From: Zancudomyces culisetae HAW-14-8
Lineage: Eukaryota; Fungi; Kickxellomycota
Assembly: GCA_052426225.1 (NCBI GenBank)
Contig: JBNJNM010000008.1
Span: 1,178,001 to 1,242,000 of the forward strand
Reading direction: 5' to 3'
Length of the DNA stretch: 64,000 nucleotides
The position numbers and the translations under genes are program-made. The notes below the pieces were generated by a model, which was not told the DNA's origin, ran no database searches, and was given only the letters and a program-made list of their open reading frames with translations. Positions 24,353 through 35,828 of the stretch are shown here, one piece after another; the first letter of the stretch is position 1, and the number at the start of each line of letters is the position of its first letter.

Positions 24353-27300
24353 ATGGGAAATATACTAGAATTCAACGATTTTACGTTTCGTGTAAAAAAA
24401 CCCCGTAAAGCGTTCTCGCTTTTCGCTTACCTTGACCGTTCCACTTCCAAAAATAACCGTACTCGCCAGACCTCCACCACAGGTACAGCAACCACAGGTA
24501 ATATACGCAGCAACAACGGTATTAGTAGGAATGCTAATAACCCAGAGCAGCATCAAAACCAGAACCAGAACCAGCACCGAAGAATTGATGATATCAATGA
24601 TGATATTGAAAGCACCAATGTTGTGACTGACCATCATATGGGGCCGCAGGCTGGAATAAATACTCAAAGTAGAACTAATACAAGCAGAACAGGTGGAAAC
24701 AATATAAATGATGATATAGTCTTTGATGGCGATGATCATTCTTATAGCAGTACGCAAAGTGACTCTTCTTCTCGCTACAAAACAATCTTCCACAATATCA
24801 GTGGTCGTGTTGAGGGTGGCGAGATGTTGGCCATAATCGGAGCATCTGGGTGTGGAAAGACATCATTTTTGAATATGATTGCTGGTAGAGTAACTGCTGG
24901 TGAAATGTCTTGCTCAAAATTCAAATTTAATGACGAGAACATTGCCTCGCACAGTTCTGTACTCCCCAGCGATACTCATAGTGGTGATAGTAGTGGAAGT
25001 GAGGATAGGAGTAGGAGTAGAAGTAGGGGTAGGAGTAGAAGTAGGAGCAGGAATAGAGGTAATGGCAGTGGCAGAAATAGAAGTATAAGAGGTATTAGAA
25101 GTGTAGAAAGTATTAGGAGTCGAGGAAGTATCAGAAGTCGAGAAAGCGCACGTAGCAGGCAAGGCATTAGTGCTCGGAGTATTGGAAGCGAACTTAATCT
25201 TTATGCCAAGCATCAAAAGAAGAACAGGAGACATATGTTTTACAACAAGAGAATTGGGTATGTTGAGCAAATGCAGGAGCAAAAGACACTTTTTCCCACG
25301 TTGACGGTATATGAAACAATAAGATATGCAGCTCTGTTTTCACTACATGCACCAAAAGATTTAGATGATTTAGAAAGCCTTGATGGCGTAGAGGATGCAA
25401 GTACTTTACAGGATTCGAGTAATTCACCAGAACAACAGCCAGAACAACAGCCAGAACAACAGCCAGGTAATGAACAGCAGGAGACACAAGGTACTGAAAA
25501 AAAAACAAAGTTGAATTAATATTGTAAATTGACGTTCTGGTTTAACAGGAAATGTAAAATTTTTAAACTAAATAGATGCTCAGATGCAAGCCACAGTAGT
25601 ACCAAACGAGAGGAGATCGAAGCGGGATGTAAGAAAACTACAAAAAAGGCGCGAGTTAGAGTGGAAGCTTAGTAAAGTAGACGAAATAATTAAATACATG
25701 CGATTAGATAAAGTCAGAAACACAGTTATTGGCGCAGCAGCAGGCGGAGGAAGTGGAGGAGGCAAAGGAGGCGGTGGTGGAAGAGATGGGGGCGTTGAGA
25801 AGGTGAAGAGAGTTGTGAATGATGTATACCACTCAACAAGTAAAAGACTCGACAAATACATGAAAAAATTACCATTTCGAGCACATGGGTCTGGTGGGAA
25901 CGCCGGCGCTGATACTGAAGGCGAGGATCTTGGTGTAAATACGGATCCAAATGCAAATGATGATGAGAGTAGCCACGTAGTCACAATCAGAGCAACAGAC
26001 ACCTCAACTGGAAACCAGCGTGAGACACCGGGAAATAAAAAGAAAAAGAAAAAGGGGAAAATATCAGTTCAAGCCTCATCGCGAGGAATATCAGGCGGGG
26101 AGGCCAGACGCACTTGCATCGCCACAAAGCTGATTTCGGGGCCACCACCAATTACAATCCTTGACGAACCGACATCGGGGCTCGACAGTAACAGCGCAGA
26201 TCTGGTGGTTGAATTACTGCACGAATTTACCAGAGAAAAAAAACTGATCACAATGTGCACTATACACCAGCCGAGTTCAACGTCATTCAACCTGTTTGAT
26301 AAAGTTTTGATATTGGCTGCATCCACCACCATTGATATTGAAATGGATGTAAGTGAACATAGTCCTCAGAACGAAGAATCTGTGGAGAGCAGAAGCAATA
26401 GTAGCAGTAACAGAAATATTAATAACAGTAGCAATAACAACGAAGGTAGTAACCACAGTGGTGTTGGTGGTGGTGGTGGCGGAAGTAGAAGATTTTACAA
26501 GAGCGTGACAGGAGGACCAGTGTATTATGGATTGGTTAAAAATGCGCCCACATACTTTGAATCGGTGGTGGGGCTGCACATACCTCCGAACCAAAATATA
26601 TGCGAGTTTTTTATTGATTTGGTAACAATAGACTACGAATCAGAACAGACACAAATTGAGAGCATTAACCGGGTAGATAAGCTACTGCGGCTATGGCAAC
26701 GCAACAAGAATAAAAAGTACGATGAAGAGAAAAAAGAAGAGAGTGAAGGGAATGTGGATGCTAGCAATAGTAACAGTAATGCTATTTACGTTAATACTGG
26801 TAAGATTGACAATAAAAACAAAGAAAATAATGTGATAATAGCAAGAGAGGGGCAACGAATTGAAGGGGTGGATAGTGCTACGGGTAAAGATGAAGGCCAA
26901 GGATGGACCAATTTGTGGCTGGCAGAGTTGGAAATTCTGTTGAATCGGGTATACAGGCGGCACAAAAGGGACCCATGGGTGTTGATATCATTAATGATAA
27001 ATGCACTTGGAGCACTGGTGTTGCTGTGTTTGATATATTCGCCAGCAATAAACGGAGGACAACAGGGCAAGACAAATATCCAGAATCGGGTTGGACAGGT
27101 CTTTACAATGACACTTTACATTACATTTCTGACCACGCTACCGCTGATTCTGATCCTGTACGACGAACGACGCATTTTCAAGCGGGAGCGGACAGAGCGA
27201 ATGTACCGAGTGTCGACGTATCAGGCATCGATTGTTTTGTCTTATCTTCCGACAATTCTAATTTCAAATCTTGTGATGCTGACAGTGGTGTATTTTGCGA

Positions 27301-27791
27301 CCCAGTTTCAGTCCAAGTTTGTAAGATACTTGATATATTTAGCGACATACACAACCACGATCATCAACGCATTTGGCTGTGGACTGGCAGTAGTTGCACT
27401 TGCTCCAAACTTTGAAACGGCGTCGTTGGTTGCACCTCTGCTGCTGATTGTGTTTGGGATATACGGTGGCAACCTTATCAACCCCGCATCAATTCCGGCC
27501 AGCATCTCGTGGATCCGTTACATTTCATTTTTCTACTACAGCTACGTCGCTATTGTCAAAAACGAACTGTCTGACCCTTCGTATTCCTGCGAGGCTCTGG
27601 GTATTTCGGGACCATCTAGAAAAAAGGCATCCTGTCACGATTCGGAGGTTGCCACGCTCAATGCATATGGCATCGGGGAGCTGGAAATTTGGCAGTGTCT
27701 GTTGTTCAGTTGTATAATCATCGTTGTGTTTTATTCTCTTGCTTATTTGGGTCTGCGCGTTGTAGTGCGAAAAAAATACAAGACTTTATAA
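24353..27791 (+). CDS. ABCG (White-like) half-transporter, NBD-TMD; 2 exons
   Basis: Walker A GASGCGKTS, Q-loop YVEQ, signature ISGGEARR, Walker B ILDEPTSGLDS, H-loop TIHQPS, C-terminal multi-TM ABC2 domain. A phase-1 intron from donor 25467 or 25491 to AG at 25575 joins the two ORFs in frame. Confidence 0.92.
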
Positions 27792-29075
27792 CATGTAATG
27801 ATCCAGCAAGTAGTTGGTTGCCTTTTCAATGTCGTAGTCGTACATTTCCAGTGCCAAAATGGCCTTTTCTTCGGGAAAGCCCATCGACTCTAGCTCTTTT
27901 ACCTGAGTAAGGAGCGTGTGCTCTCCTGTTGCACCCCCTGCGCTTGTTCCTGCTATCAAACCTGCTTCAATATGCATGCCCAAGCTGCCGTTATTCCCAT
28001 CACTTTCGTCAAAGCTCCATTCAAGACTGCCCATTTCCTTTGGTTTTGGTGGGAGTGGTGGCGCACTGGGTTCTTCGTACTGCTTCTTGATGTTTCCATA
28101 TCTTTCCATCCGCTGCTGATGCTGTTGCTGTTCCTGTTGAGATGAATACTCCATTCCCAGTGGTTTGGGAGGAAGTGTTGGTGTTGTATTATCAAACGTA
28201 TTGGCACCAACGTTACCGCTTTGCATACTTCCTCCATCGACACTAGCCCTGTTATTTTCTTGGTTGAATCTCTGATTTTCATTGTCCTTCATATTATCTT
28301 TAGGTGGTGTATACTGGTATTGGTATGACATTTGATAGTTGTGAGGTGGTTGATATGAATAGCTCGGATAGCTTTTTGAGTCCTTGTCTGTATATACATA
28401 GACATGTTTATTAATTTTTTTTGTTATATTTTATAGAATTGTATAGTTTGTACAATCATAACCATGTTAACTTCACCTACAAGCACACACACACACATAC
28501 GCACGCATAAACAAAACTGAAAAATAAAACAAGAAAAATACTTGCCTTGGGCTTGGTTATAGCCTGGAGCCTGCTGTCGCTGTTGTCGATGCTCAAGAAT
28601 ATTCATGTGCTCTTGTTCAACTTCATATTTCTCAAGGTCTTGTTTGACTTTAATTTCAGTTTCGTACTCCTTGATAATTCTTTTTTCCAACCGATAATTG
28701 TACCTTTGCTAGTATCCATATCAACGTAGAAGGTTTATTTAGAATGACTTGAAGATTCTGTAAGATACTACTCCCCGCCTTCTAAATAGAAACAATAATA
28801 AAAAGCAACTTACCATACCATCAAGCTTATCAATTTCGCTTTGAGATAGGGGAGCAAAGACAAACTATAGTTAGAAGATTGATTTTAGGTTCAGTTTAAA
28901 TGAAATGTAAAAGAAATGAGGGGAAAAAAAAACAAGAATTTGTTGAAATGTATTATGGGGAGTTGTTATCCATTTTTCTGTAATTTTGTATTGTAATTTT
29001 AAAACCTGCCTCTTTTGGTATTTCCAATGGATGTTTGAACCTGAGATTTATACCTTCCAGGTACGGATAGATCAT
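27786..29075 (-). CDS. UBAP1-like ESCRT-I-associated protein (N-terminal UMA-like region, PSAP motif, C-terminal UBA); 4 exons
   Basis: Exons 29075-29010 (MIYPYLEGINLRF...), 28864-28814, 28708-28546 (QRYNYRLEKRII) and 28387-27786. UBA: VKELESMGFPEEKAILALEMYDYDIEKATNYLL. Introns 1 and 3 need GC donors. Confidence 0.72.
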
Positions 29076-29516
29076 TTTTCGCTTTAATTTTTATTCTTAT
29101 TCTTATTCTGGTTGTGGTTGTGGGTTCTATAGCAGAGTATAAATCTGATATTCTTGTTTTGTGAGTGTTATTTAAATGTTGTACAAAAATACCAATGTTC
29201 CTTTGTATCACACTTATTTCTGTTTAGTCTATTTTGTTTATTGGCTGAAAATGATTTTTTTTTGGTGGCGGGGGGGGGGGGGGGAAGAGTGAAGAAAGAA
29301 TGGTAATGTAGGAAAGTGTTGTGGTCGAAATAATGCTGGTGTTGAAAAAAAAAATTAAACGAAAACCTATGGACCGAAAAAGGAAAAAAAAAAGAGGGTT
29401 TCAACAAAACTAAAAACTACATAACCATGCAAACTGACATACATGAGAAAAAAACGAGTATGGTGATAAGAATGAGGAGTGTGGTGGGTGGTGGGTGCCA
29501 GGGATCTGGGATCGGA

Positions 29517-32500
29517 TCAGAATCCCGTCCGCCGTGTTTTTTTGGGCTGGGGTTTGGTACCTCGTCGGAGGCTGTAAGAGTTAGCACTGTATAGCTGTGA
29601 CTGTGTTTGTGTTTGAATTTGAGTTTGAGTTTGTGTTTGAGTTTGGGTTTGTGTTTGTGTTAAAGGTATAGGGTATTGACTACCAGTATCCAAAAATCTA
29701 TTGCTGCTAACGTCTGGAGGAGCCTGTGATAGGGGTTGTGATGCCATTTGGTTAGGATTGAGAGCATCAAAAAACGAGAATTCTTTACCAAGACTGCTGG
29801 TATGAACACCAAAAGTTGGGTTGCTATTGACATTGTTATTGCTGTTGTTCATTATATTCTGCGAGTCAAAGATATCAAAGCCAAGTTGCTGTGAAGGGTC
29901 AAAGACGACAGAGTGCTGGGTATTTTGAGTATGGATATTATTGTAACCACCGAAATTGTTAGCCTGAGAGCCTGCAAAAATAGGTTGAGTGTGGCCATAG
30001 TTGTTGTACATAGTGCCCGTGGTTCCAACATGGGTTTTTGGACGGCGTTTGCTGTTGGCATGTTGAGCCTCGGTACGGCTGAGAATTTTGGAACCATAAA
30101 ATGTATCCTGGTCAATCTTGTTCATAAACGTAAAACCGGGGTCGTTCCTGTCTATATCCCTTGTAGTATCAAGACGGCTTCTGCCTCTACCTCTAGTTGT
30201 TCTGGTGTTGTTTGTGGTTGTCGTGTTTTGGTTGTATGAGAATAATGTGGATGCTGTGGTTCTAGTTTCAGCTCTAGCTCCAGCTCCAGCCCCAGCTTCA
30301 GTCTCGGTCTCAGTCTCAGTCTCCATGCCAATTGTAGTTGCAGTCGCAATCGAGAATGTAGATGGTAGTATGGATGATGAGCCCAAAGCATGCCTCCTTT
30401 GTTGCTGTTGTTGTTGTTGTTGAGTCTGGTTCGTGTTTGTACTGCCTTTTGATACATAAAATGCACCCCACAACTTGTCCAATGTACTCACAAACGGCGG
30501 TATATTGGGTAGTTTTTGGTCGTTTTTGGGTTTCAATATTTTGAATAGATTGCTTATGCTTTTACTACTGGGTCTACCTTTTTGTTTTTTCTTCGAGGTC
30601 GTGTTCTCTGCCTCAGAAGGCTGTGGGCCCTCATTACCATCTGCATCACTGCCAAGGTATTGTACTTTTAGAATTACAGAATTAAACAAAAGTTGTTTTG
30701 CACTATAAAACAGGAGAGAGTTGTAATGTTTATTGTCCTTATTTGGAGGTTTATTCATCTTTGTGTTTGGGTTAGTATTTGTGTTCGTGTTTGAAATAAC
30801 CAAGTCTTGTTGATAAAGTGCATCAATCACTGGGGCTAGTATAGCATCCCAAACCCTTTTACAATCAATTTGCTGTTGCTGGTGTTGTGAATGTTCCGCG
30901 TATCGTTTATAACTACTACTTGCCATTCCAAAAACATTTCCGCTGTAACCTCTGTTGAGATTTGTGAGGGTTTCAACTGGGACAACTTCCAGCTTGAAGG
31001 TGTTGCCATTGATATTATTGATATTATCAGCTAGGCTGGCTGAATACATACACTCAAATAATTGCAACTCTACAAAGCTGGTTAGCAGGATTGACTTTGG
31101 GCTATCAAAAGTTTCTAACAGATTGAGATCTATAATGCCACTATTGTCTATAGGCTTTTTTTTACGACCTCTTCCTTGAGCACTACGTGGAGTGTCATTG
31201 GTAGAAGGATCAGTACCGGCACTCTTCACACCATTATTGTTGGTGATATTGAGAAACTGGTGTGTATTGGTGTCTAGCTTGTAGTTTCGGTTTATATAAT
31301 CCAAAGATATGTCCACAATTTCACTGGCGTATTTGTTGAAATGATTATCGGCCATAAACGCTCTCCAGTTTGGTGTTTTATGATTTAACCTGGAAAACTG
31401 GTTTATATTTAAGTTTTCTATGCTGCCAAAGTTGTATAATGCATATTCAAACGCCATCTTGATTATCTGAACAAGCTGGGTTCTGAGGGCTAAATTTGAC
31501 TTGAAAGTTGATTCAGAATCATGATTATGATAGTCAATCGAATCTGCATTCACAATTCCATAAAGATAGTTGTACTCTTCAGTTTCTTGTTGTGAATATT
31601 GCAGCACATTTTCATCAACACATTTATAGTGGTACAAAAAGAATGGTCGGAAAGTGTTTTTGCGTACATAAGGCCATTCCTGGTTAGCAAACATATTGTT
31701 GTATTGCAAATGATAGTCTTTGTACTCTTCTCTGCTTATAAACACATGGTTGTTCCCATCCAAAAGATCACCTTGGCTATTTGCATGAACCTGTTGTGTG
31801 TGTAATAAGAGCTCCTGCTGTTCAGTTATTGGTAAATCAGATATAGATGGTGTATTGCTTTCGTCACTATCATTTCCATTGTTTTCACGATTGCACTTTG
31901 CACTCTCGATGCTCAACTTTTCAGTAAACACCATTCCGTCGCTTGATACTTGAAACAAGTCAATCTCATTTTTATTCAGACTGTTTTGGCTTATTGATAG
32001 TCCGTCCAATGTAGGTAATAGCGGGTATCCATCACAGGCTGCAGTGCCAGTTACACCGTCGTATCCTAACTGCAGCCCACTAACATCCTCCAGGTATCTG
32101 CGACCCATTATTTCGTGTTCGTGGAAACCGTCAAGAGTCTTGATAAGATAGCTGCTGACAATCGGCAGTGCTCCTGTTCCGCCTACTCCACCTAGTCCTG
32201 CCATACCACCACATCCATATCCATACAGTTTGATTCGAGTCTCACTGCCTCGCGCACCCAACACCAAATATTCAAGTTTGTCAGTTTTAAATGTCTCCAT
32301 ATAAACCGGTCGCTCAGTTGGCGAAAATCGATGTTTCCATGAGAGAACTGGCAACTTAGATTGTCGCTGATCGTAGATATAAACACCCTGGGTTGTAGCT
32401 ACCGCCGCAAACAAACCCATATTCAATCCAGTCTTAATACATGTTATTTCTTCTCTGTTGCCAAACCTCGCAAAGGTCGTCGGTCGTGGGTTGGTTTTTG

Positions 32501-34280
32501 CTCGTACGTCGATTATATATGTACTTTGCGAATCTGCATGAAACAGAATCCGAGGGGAATCCCAGTATTCCGTATTGAGGTATCCAGAATTTTTATATAT
32601 TCCGCCTGTGTGAATCTCGCTGAATTCACTATTGTTATACACTTCCAATCCTACCCCTCGTGAAAAATCCCATGTACGAACGCTTTGATCTGTTGTTGTT
32701 AGCAGTATTTCCTTTGCATCCCAATAACTACTTGCAACATTACACACCTGTTTTCCGCCCTTTTTGATGTAATAGCTTACCCCAATCTCCTCACATTTCA
32801 GCGGGCTGTTCATTCTTTTCTGTTCTTTGCTCCCTTGATTGTCATCATGCATTTCCACCACTGCTCCAAACATACTCACCTTTTCCATACTCCTAACAAA
32901 AAAAAAATCTTTATGTACGTTTGATCCAAGAATCTGTTCAATTGGTGTTTTGAATTCCACTAGTGCTCCTGTGCCTCGTATATTTAGCCCATCCCACCGC
33001 CAATTCTTCCATAGCTCTGAATCTCCACTTTTCCATCGAATGTTTGGGTATGCTCGCAGTTGGTTCCTTGTTTCTCCGCCTGTATATATGAGCCATTCCA
33101 CCTCATTCATTTTTTCCATCTCTTCTTGTCTGTTCCGCTCTCTTTCTTCTCTTTCTTTGATTTTTTCTTTCAACATTTTGACTTCAGTGTCTACCTCCTG
33201 TTCCACTTTATCAACACCATTATTATCAATATCATCATTAACTTCTTTGTTCTCACCACCATCATCATTATTATTATCATCCCCATTATCTTCTATCACC
33301 TTATCGGCACTAGCGTTTTCAACTGTTACTCCTCTATTAGAAAGACTCTGCCCCATAACAATGTCCATATTTCCCTCCCTTATTCCCAATATCCCTTCAA
33401 TTCCTGAAGCGAACTTGCCATTTACCCCGATACTATCCCGAAGCCTCTCCAATCTCCTCAGCTCTTCCATTTCCTCTATATCATGTTCTTTTGTGTCTTG
33501 TGCCACCTCTGCTCTTATAATACAGCTTCTATTTCCGATATTTCGGTCATATTTTGTTTTTTGTTGCTCATACTTGTAAGCTTCTCTCAATTCATTATAC
33601 AATAGTTCTTCGGGCACATCGACGTCTGGTTGTGCTATATTAAATCCATCTATCATATCTTTTGCTAGTTCGGCTCCTAGATACGAATATTCTGAAATAT
33701 CATGGATTCTAATTGGTGGTCTCACCAATCTCAAACCAGATTTGTTATTAATTTCCAATTTACCCTCTCGTTCACTATTGTAAAACTGCCATTTAATGCT
33801 TTTTCCGCTGGCTACATCTCTGGTGTTTTCGTTATTGTGCCTACCTCTTCTATTTTTCTGCTGGCTTCTATCGTGGCTAATATCTTCTATTCCAAATCCT
33901 GCATGTAGTAATTCTCCAACCTCAAGGCCCTCGTCATTCTCCGCGCCTCTCCCTGTTCTTTTTTTTCTATCGTCTGCAACACTGTTATGCTTCTGTGGCC
34001 AAGAAAGAAGTGGATAATTCCTTCTGTCCCTACCACTTGAAGTCAATGGATTTAATGTGGATGATTCCAAGGATACGTATTTGATCCCCGCCTTTTGGAT
34101 TTGTTCCCGCTCATACTCAGAATCCTCCTCGTATTCGCTATTCATATCCGCAAGATCATCGTTAATTTCCTCAATAACAAGCTCTTCATCCCTACTGAAA
34201 TTCGATCTCCCGCTTTCGTCTCGACTACTTTCACTGTTTTCAGAATCAGTACTTGAACTGTAGCTAAAACTTGATCTCAT
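29517..34280 (-). CDS. RRN6: RNA polymerase I core factor subunit Rrn6/TAF1C-like (beta-propeller), 1587 aa
   Basis: WD-like strands with IYDQRQSKLPVLSWKH, an SQ/TQ-rich tail and a terminal KKTRRTGF, matching the basic-GF terminus typical of Rrn6/TAF1C. Confidence 0.72.
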   Translation of the reverse strand: MRSSFSYSSSTDSENSESSRDESGRSNFSRDEELVIEEINDDLADMNSEYEEDSEYEREQIQKAGIKYVSLESSTLNPLTSSGRDRRNYPLLSWPQKHNSVADDRKKRTGRGAENDEGLEVGELLHAGFGIEDISHDRSQQKNRRGRHNNENTRDVASGKSIKWQFYNSEREGKLEINNKSGLRLVRPPIRIHDISEYSYLGAELAKDMIDGFNIAQPDVDVPEELLYNELREAYKYEQQKTKYDRNIGNRSCIIRAEVAQDTKEHDIEEMEELRRLERLRDSIGVNGKFASGIEGILGIREGNMDIVMGQSLSNRGVTVENASADKVIEDNGDDNNNDDGGENKEVNDDIDNNGVDKVEQEVDTEVKMLKEKIKEREERERNRQEEMEKMNEVEWLIYTGGETRNQLRAYPNIRWKSGDSELWKNWRWDGLNIRGTGALVEFKTPIEQILGSNVHKDFFFVRSMEKVSMFGAVVEMHDDNQGSKEQKRMNSPLKCEEIGVSYYIKKGGKQVCNVASSYWDAKEILLTTTDQSVRTWDFSRGVGLEVYNNSEFSEIHTGGIYKNSGYLNTEYWDSPRILFHADSQSTYIIDVRAKTNPRPTTFARFGNREEITCIKTGLNMGLFAAVATTQGVYIYDQRQSKLPVLSWKHRFSPTERPVYMETFKTDKLEYLVLGARGSETRIKLYGYGCGGMAGLGGVGGTGALPIVSSYLIKTLDGFHEHEIMGRRYLEDVSGLQLGYDGVTGTAACDGYPLLPTLDGLSISQNSLNKNEIDLFQVSSDGMVFTEKLSIESAKCNRENNGNDSDESNTPSISDLPITEQQELLLHTQQVHANSQGDLLDGNNHVFISREEYKDYHLQYNNMFANQEWPYVRKNTFRPFFLYHYKCVDENVLQYSQQETEEYNYLYGIVNADSIDYHNHDSESTFKSNLALRTQLVQIIKMAFEYALYNFGSIENLNINQFSRLNHKTPNWRAFMADNHFNKYASEIVDISLDYINRNYKLDTNTHQFLNITNNNGVKSAGTDPSTNDTPRSAQGRGRKKKPIDNSGIIDLNLLETFDSPKSILLTSFVELQLFECMYSASLADNINNINGNTFKLEVVPVETLTNLNRGYSGNVFGMASSSYKRYAEHSQHQQQQIDCKRVWDAILAPVIDALYQQDLVISNTNTNTNPNTKMNKPPNKDNKHYNSLLFYSAKQLLFNSVILKVQYLGSDADGNEGPQPSEAENTTSKKKQKGRPSSKSISNLFKILKPKNDQKLPNIPPFVSTLDKLWGAFYVSKGSTNTNQTQQQQQQQQRRHALGSSSILPSTFSIATATTIGMETETETETEAGAGAGARAETRTTASTLFSYNQNTTTTNNTRTTRGRGRSRLDTTRDIDRNDPGFTFMNKIDQDTFYGSKILSRTEAQHANSKRRPKTHVGTTGTMYNNYGHTQPIFAGSQANNFGGYNNIHTQNTQHSVVFDPSQQLGFDIFDSQNIMNNSNNNVNSNPTFGVHTSSLGKEFSFFDALNPNQMASQPLSQAPPDVSSNRFLDTGSQYPIPLTQTQTQTQTQTQTQIQTQTQSQLYSANSYSLRRGTKPQPKKTRRTGF

Positions 34281-35828
34281 TGTATTCTATTTTTATATGA
34301 TTCTTGTTGTCTAGTTTGATATGCCTTTGTATCTATACTTTTACATTTTTTTTCTATTCTTTTAAACGCACTAGACTTGAACCAGAACCAAAAAAAATAG
34401 CAGGTGGTGAAATTGTTAATTACATAGCTTCAAGCTATTATTAAATCCGATTTTACCCTTTTTACCTAAATAAAGTTTTTTTTTGTTCACTAATCGGTTG
34501 TGGGCAACATCAAGCAATTTTAATGTATTAACGAATTTCAAATTCAGGATTAAAAAAAATTGTAGGAAAGTAGCTAAAAAACGGGTGTTTCTTTGTTCCC
34601 CATTTTCGCCTGGTTCTAACTTTTCATTAGACTTTTTTGCAGTTAAAAAGTAACACAGCTTGGTTTATCGATTTTAGTACTGCTATTAACAAACATGGTA
34701 CCACTTTTAAAACTGGCGAACAACTGTATTATTTCTGGGAATAATATATACTGAGTATATAAACGCATATTATCGTCATAGAACGTGAATGGACCAACTC
34801 TACTATCACCGAACATTGTAATTATTGTTCTTTTTTAATCCATTTTTCATCTCTTTTGCTTTGTTTGGTTCTTAACCCATCCATTACCATTCACTTTCAA
34901 AGATATTAACGGATAAACGCTGATTCATTTGTCAAGCATCTGATTCAAATAGCTACTTATCATCCAGTGTAGTGACACCACTGTTGGTAAAAAACATCAC
35001 CACCACGTCACACTTGGTTACAATGTGAACCCATACGTTATATAAAAAAACTCAAGAGAACTACACAAAATATTATTCACACATCATCTCTCCGTTGTGT
35101 TTGTTTCTCCTTATGTTACGAAAAATAAACGGTGAAAGGGTGTTCACATATTGGCGTTTATATTCTCACTAAACTTGTGCCACATCTAGAATAGTATGTT
35201 GCAATTTGTGATAGTAGCAAGCTAAAATTACGCCTATATGTTTGTTTTACTTTCGTATGCTTGTAATACAAAGTGGTATGCGCGACCAGCCACACGCGCT
35301 GTTATTTCTTTCTCATGCCCAGTTCATCAGGTAACTTTGAATGCCCAGCACCATTTCTTTTTCATTTTATACAATGCTCCAAAAAATAAAGTTCAAGGAA
35401 ATTCAAATTGATCACAAAATGTAAACAGAGTTTAATTGATCTTTTCATTTTCTTCTCAATTGCGGGTACACAAAAGCTAAAAACAAAGAGCGAGAATGCA
35501 GTAAAAAAAATTTTTTTCTATTGGATCATTTGCTTTTACCACCTTTGAATTTCTCTGGTTTCAGCTGAAACACCCAAAGATCATGAAGAAAAAAAAGACA
35601 AATCACCATCTGAAATATGGTGATACGGAATAAGTCGCAGAGGATATGAATAAGGAGAACAGCTATACAGCAATTAAATATAAAAGCGTTAACATTACTA
35701 TAGAAGCAGCAATAAAAAATATTCATACTAGCCACAACACAAAAACACGCAATTTACACTCGACGGCTCCTCAATGAGATAAAGAATATATATATCCCGC
35801 CAATAAGAATCGCGATTGTAATGCAGAA

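Noticed and set aside
25491-25583. ABCG gene as a frameshifted pseudogene (two ORFs)
   Set aside because: A canonical GT-AG intron with a branch-like ACTAAAT joins the ORFs in frame.
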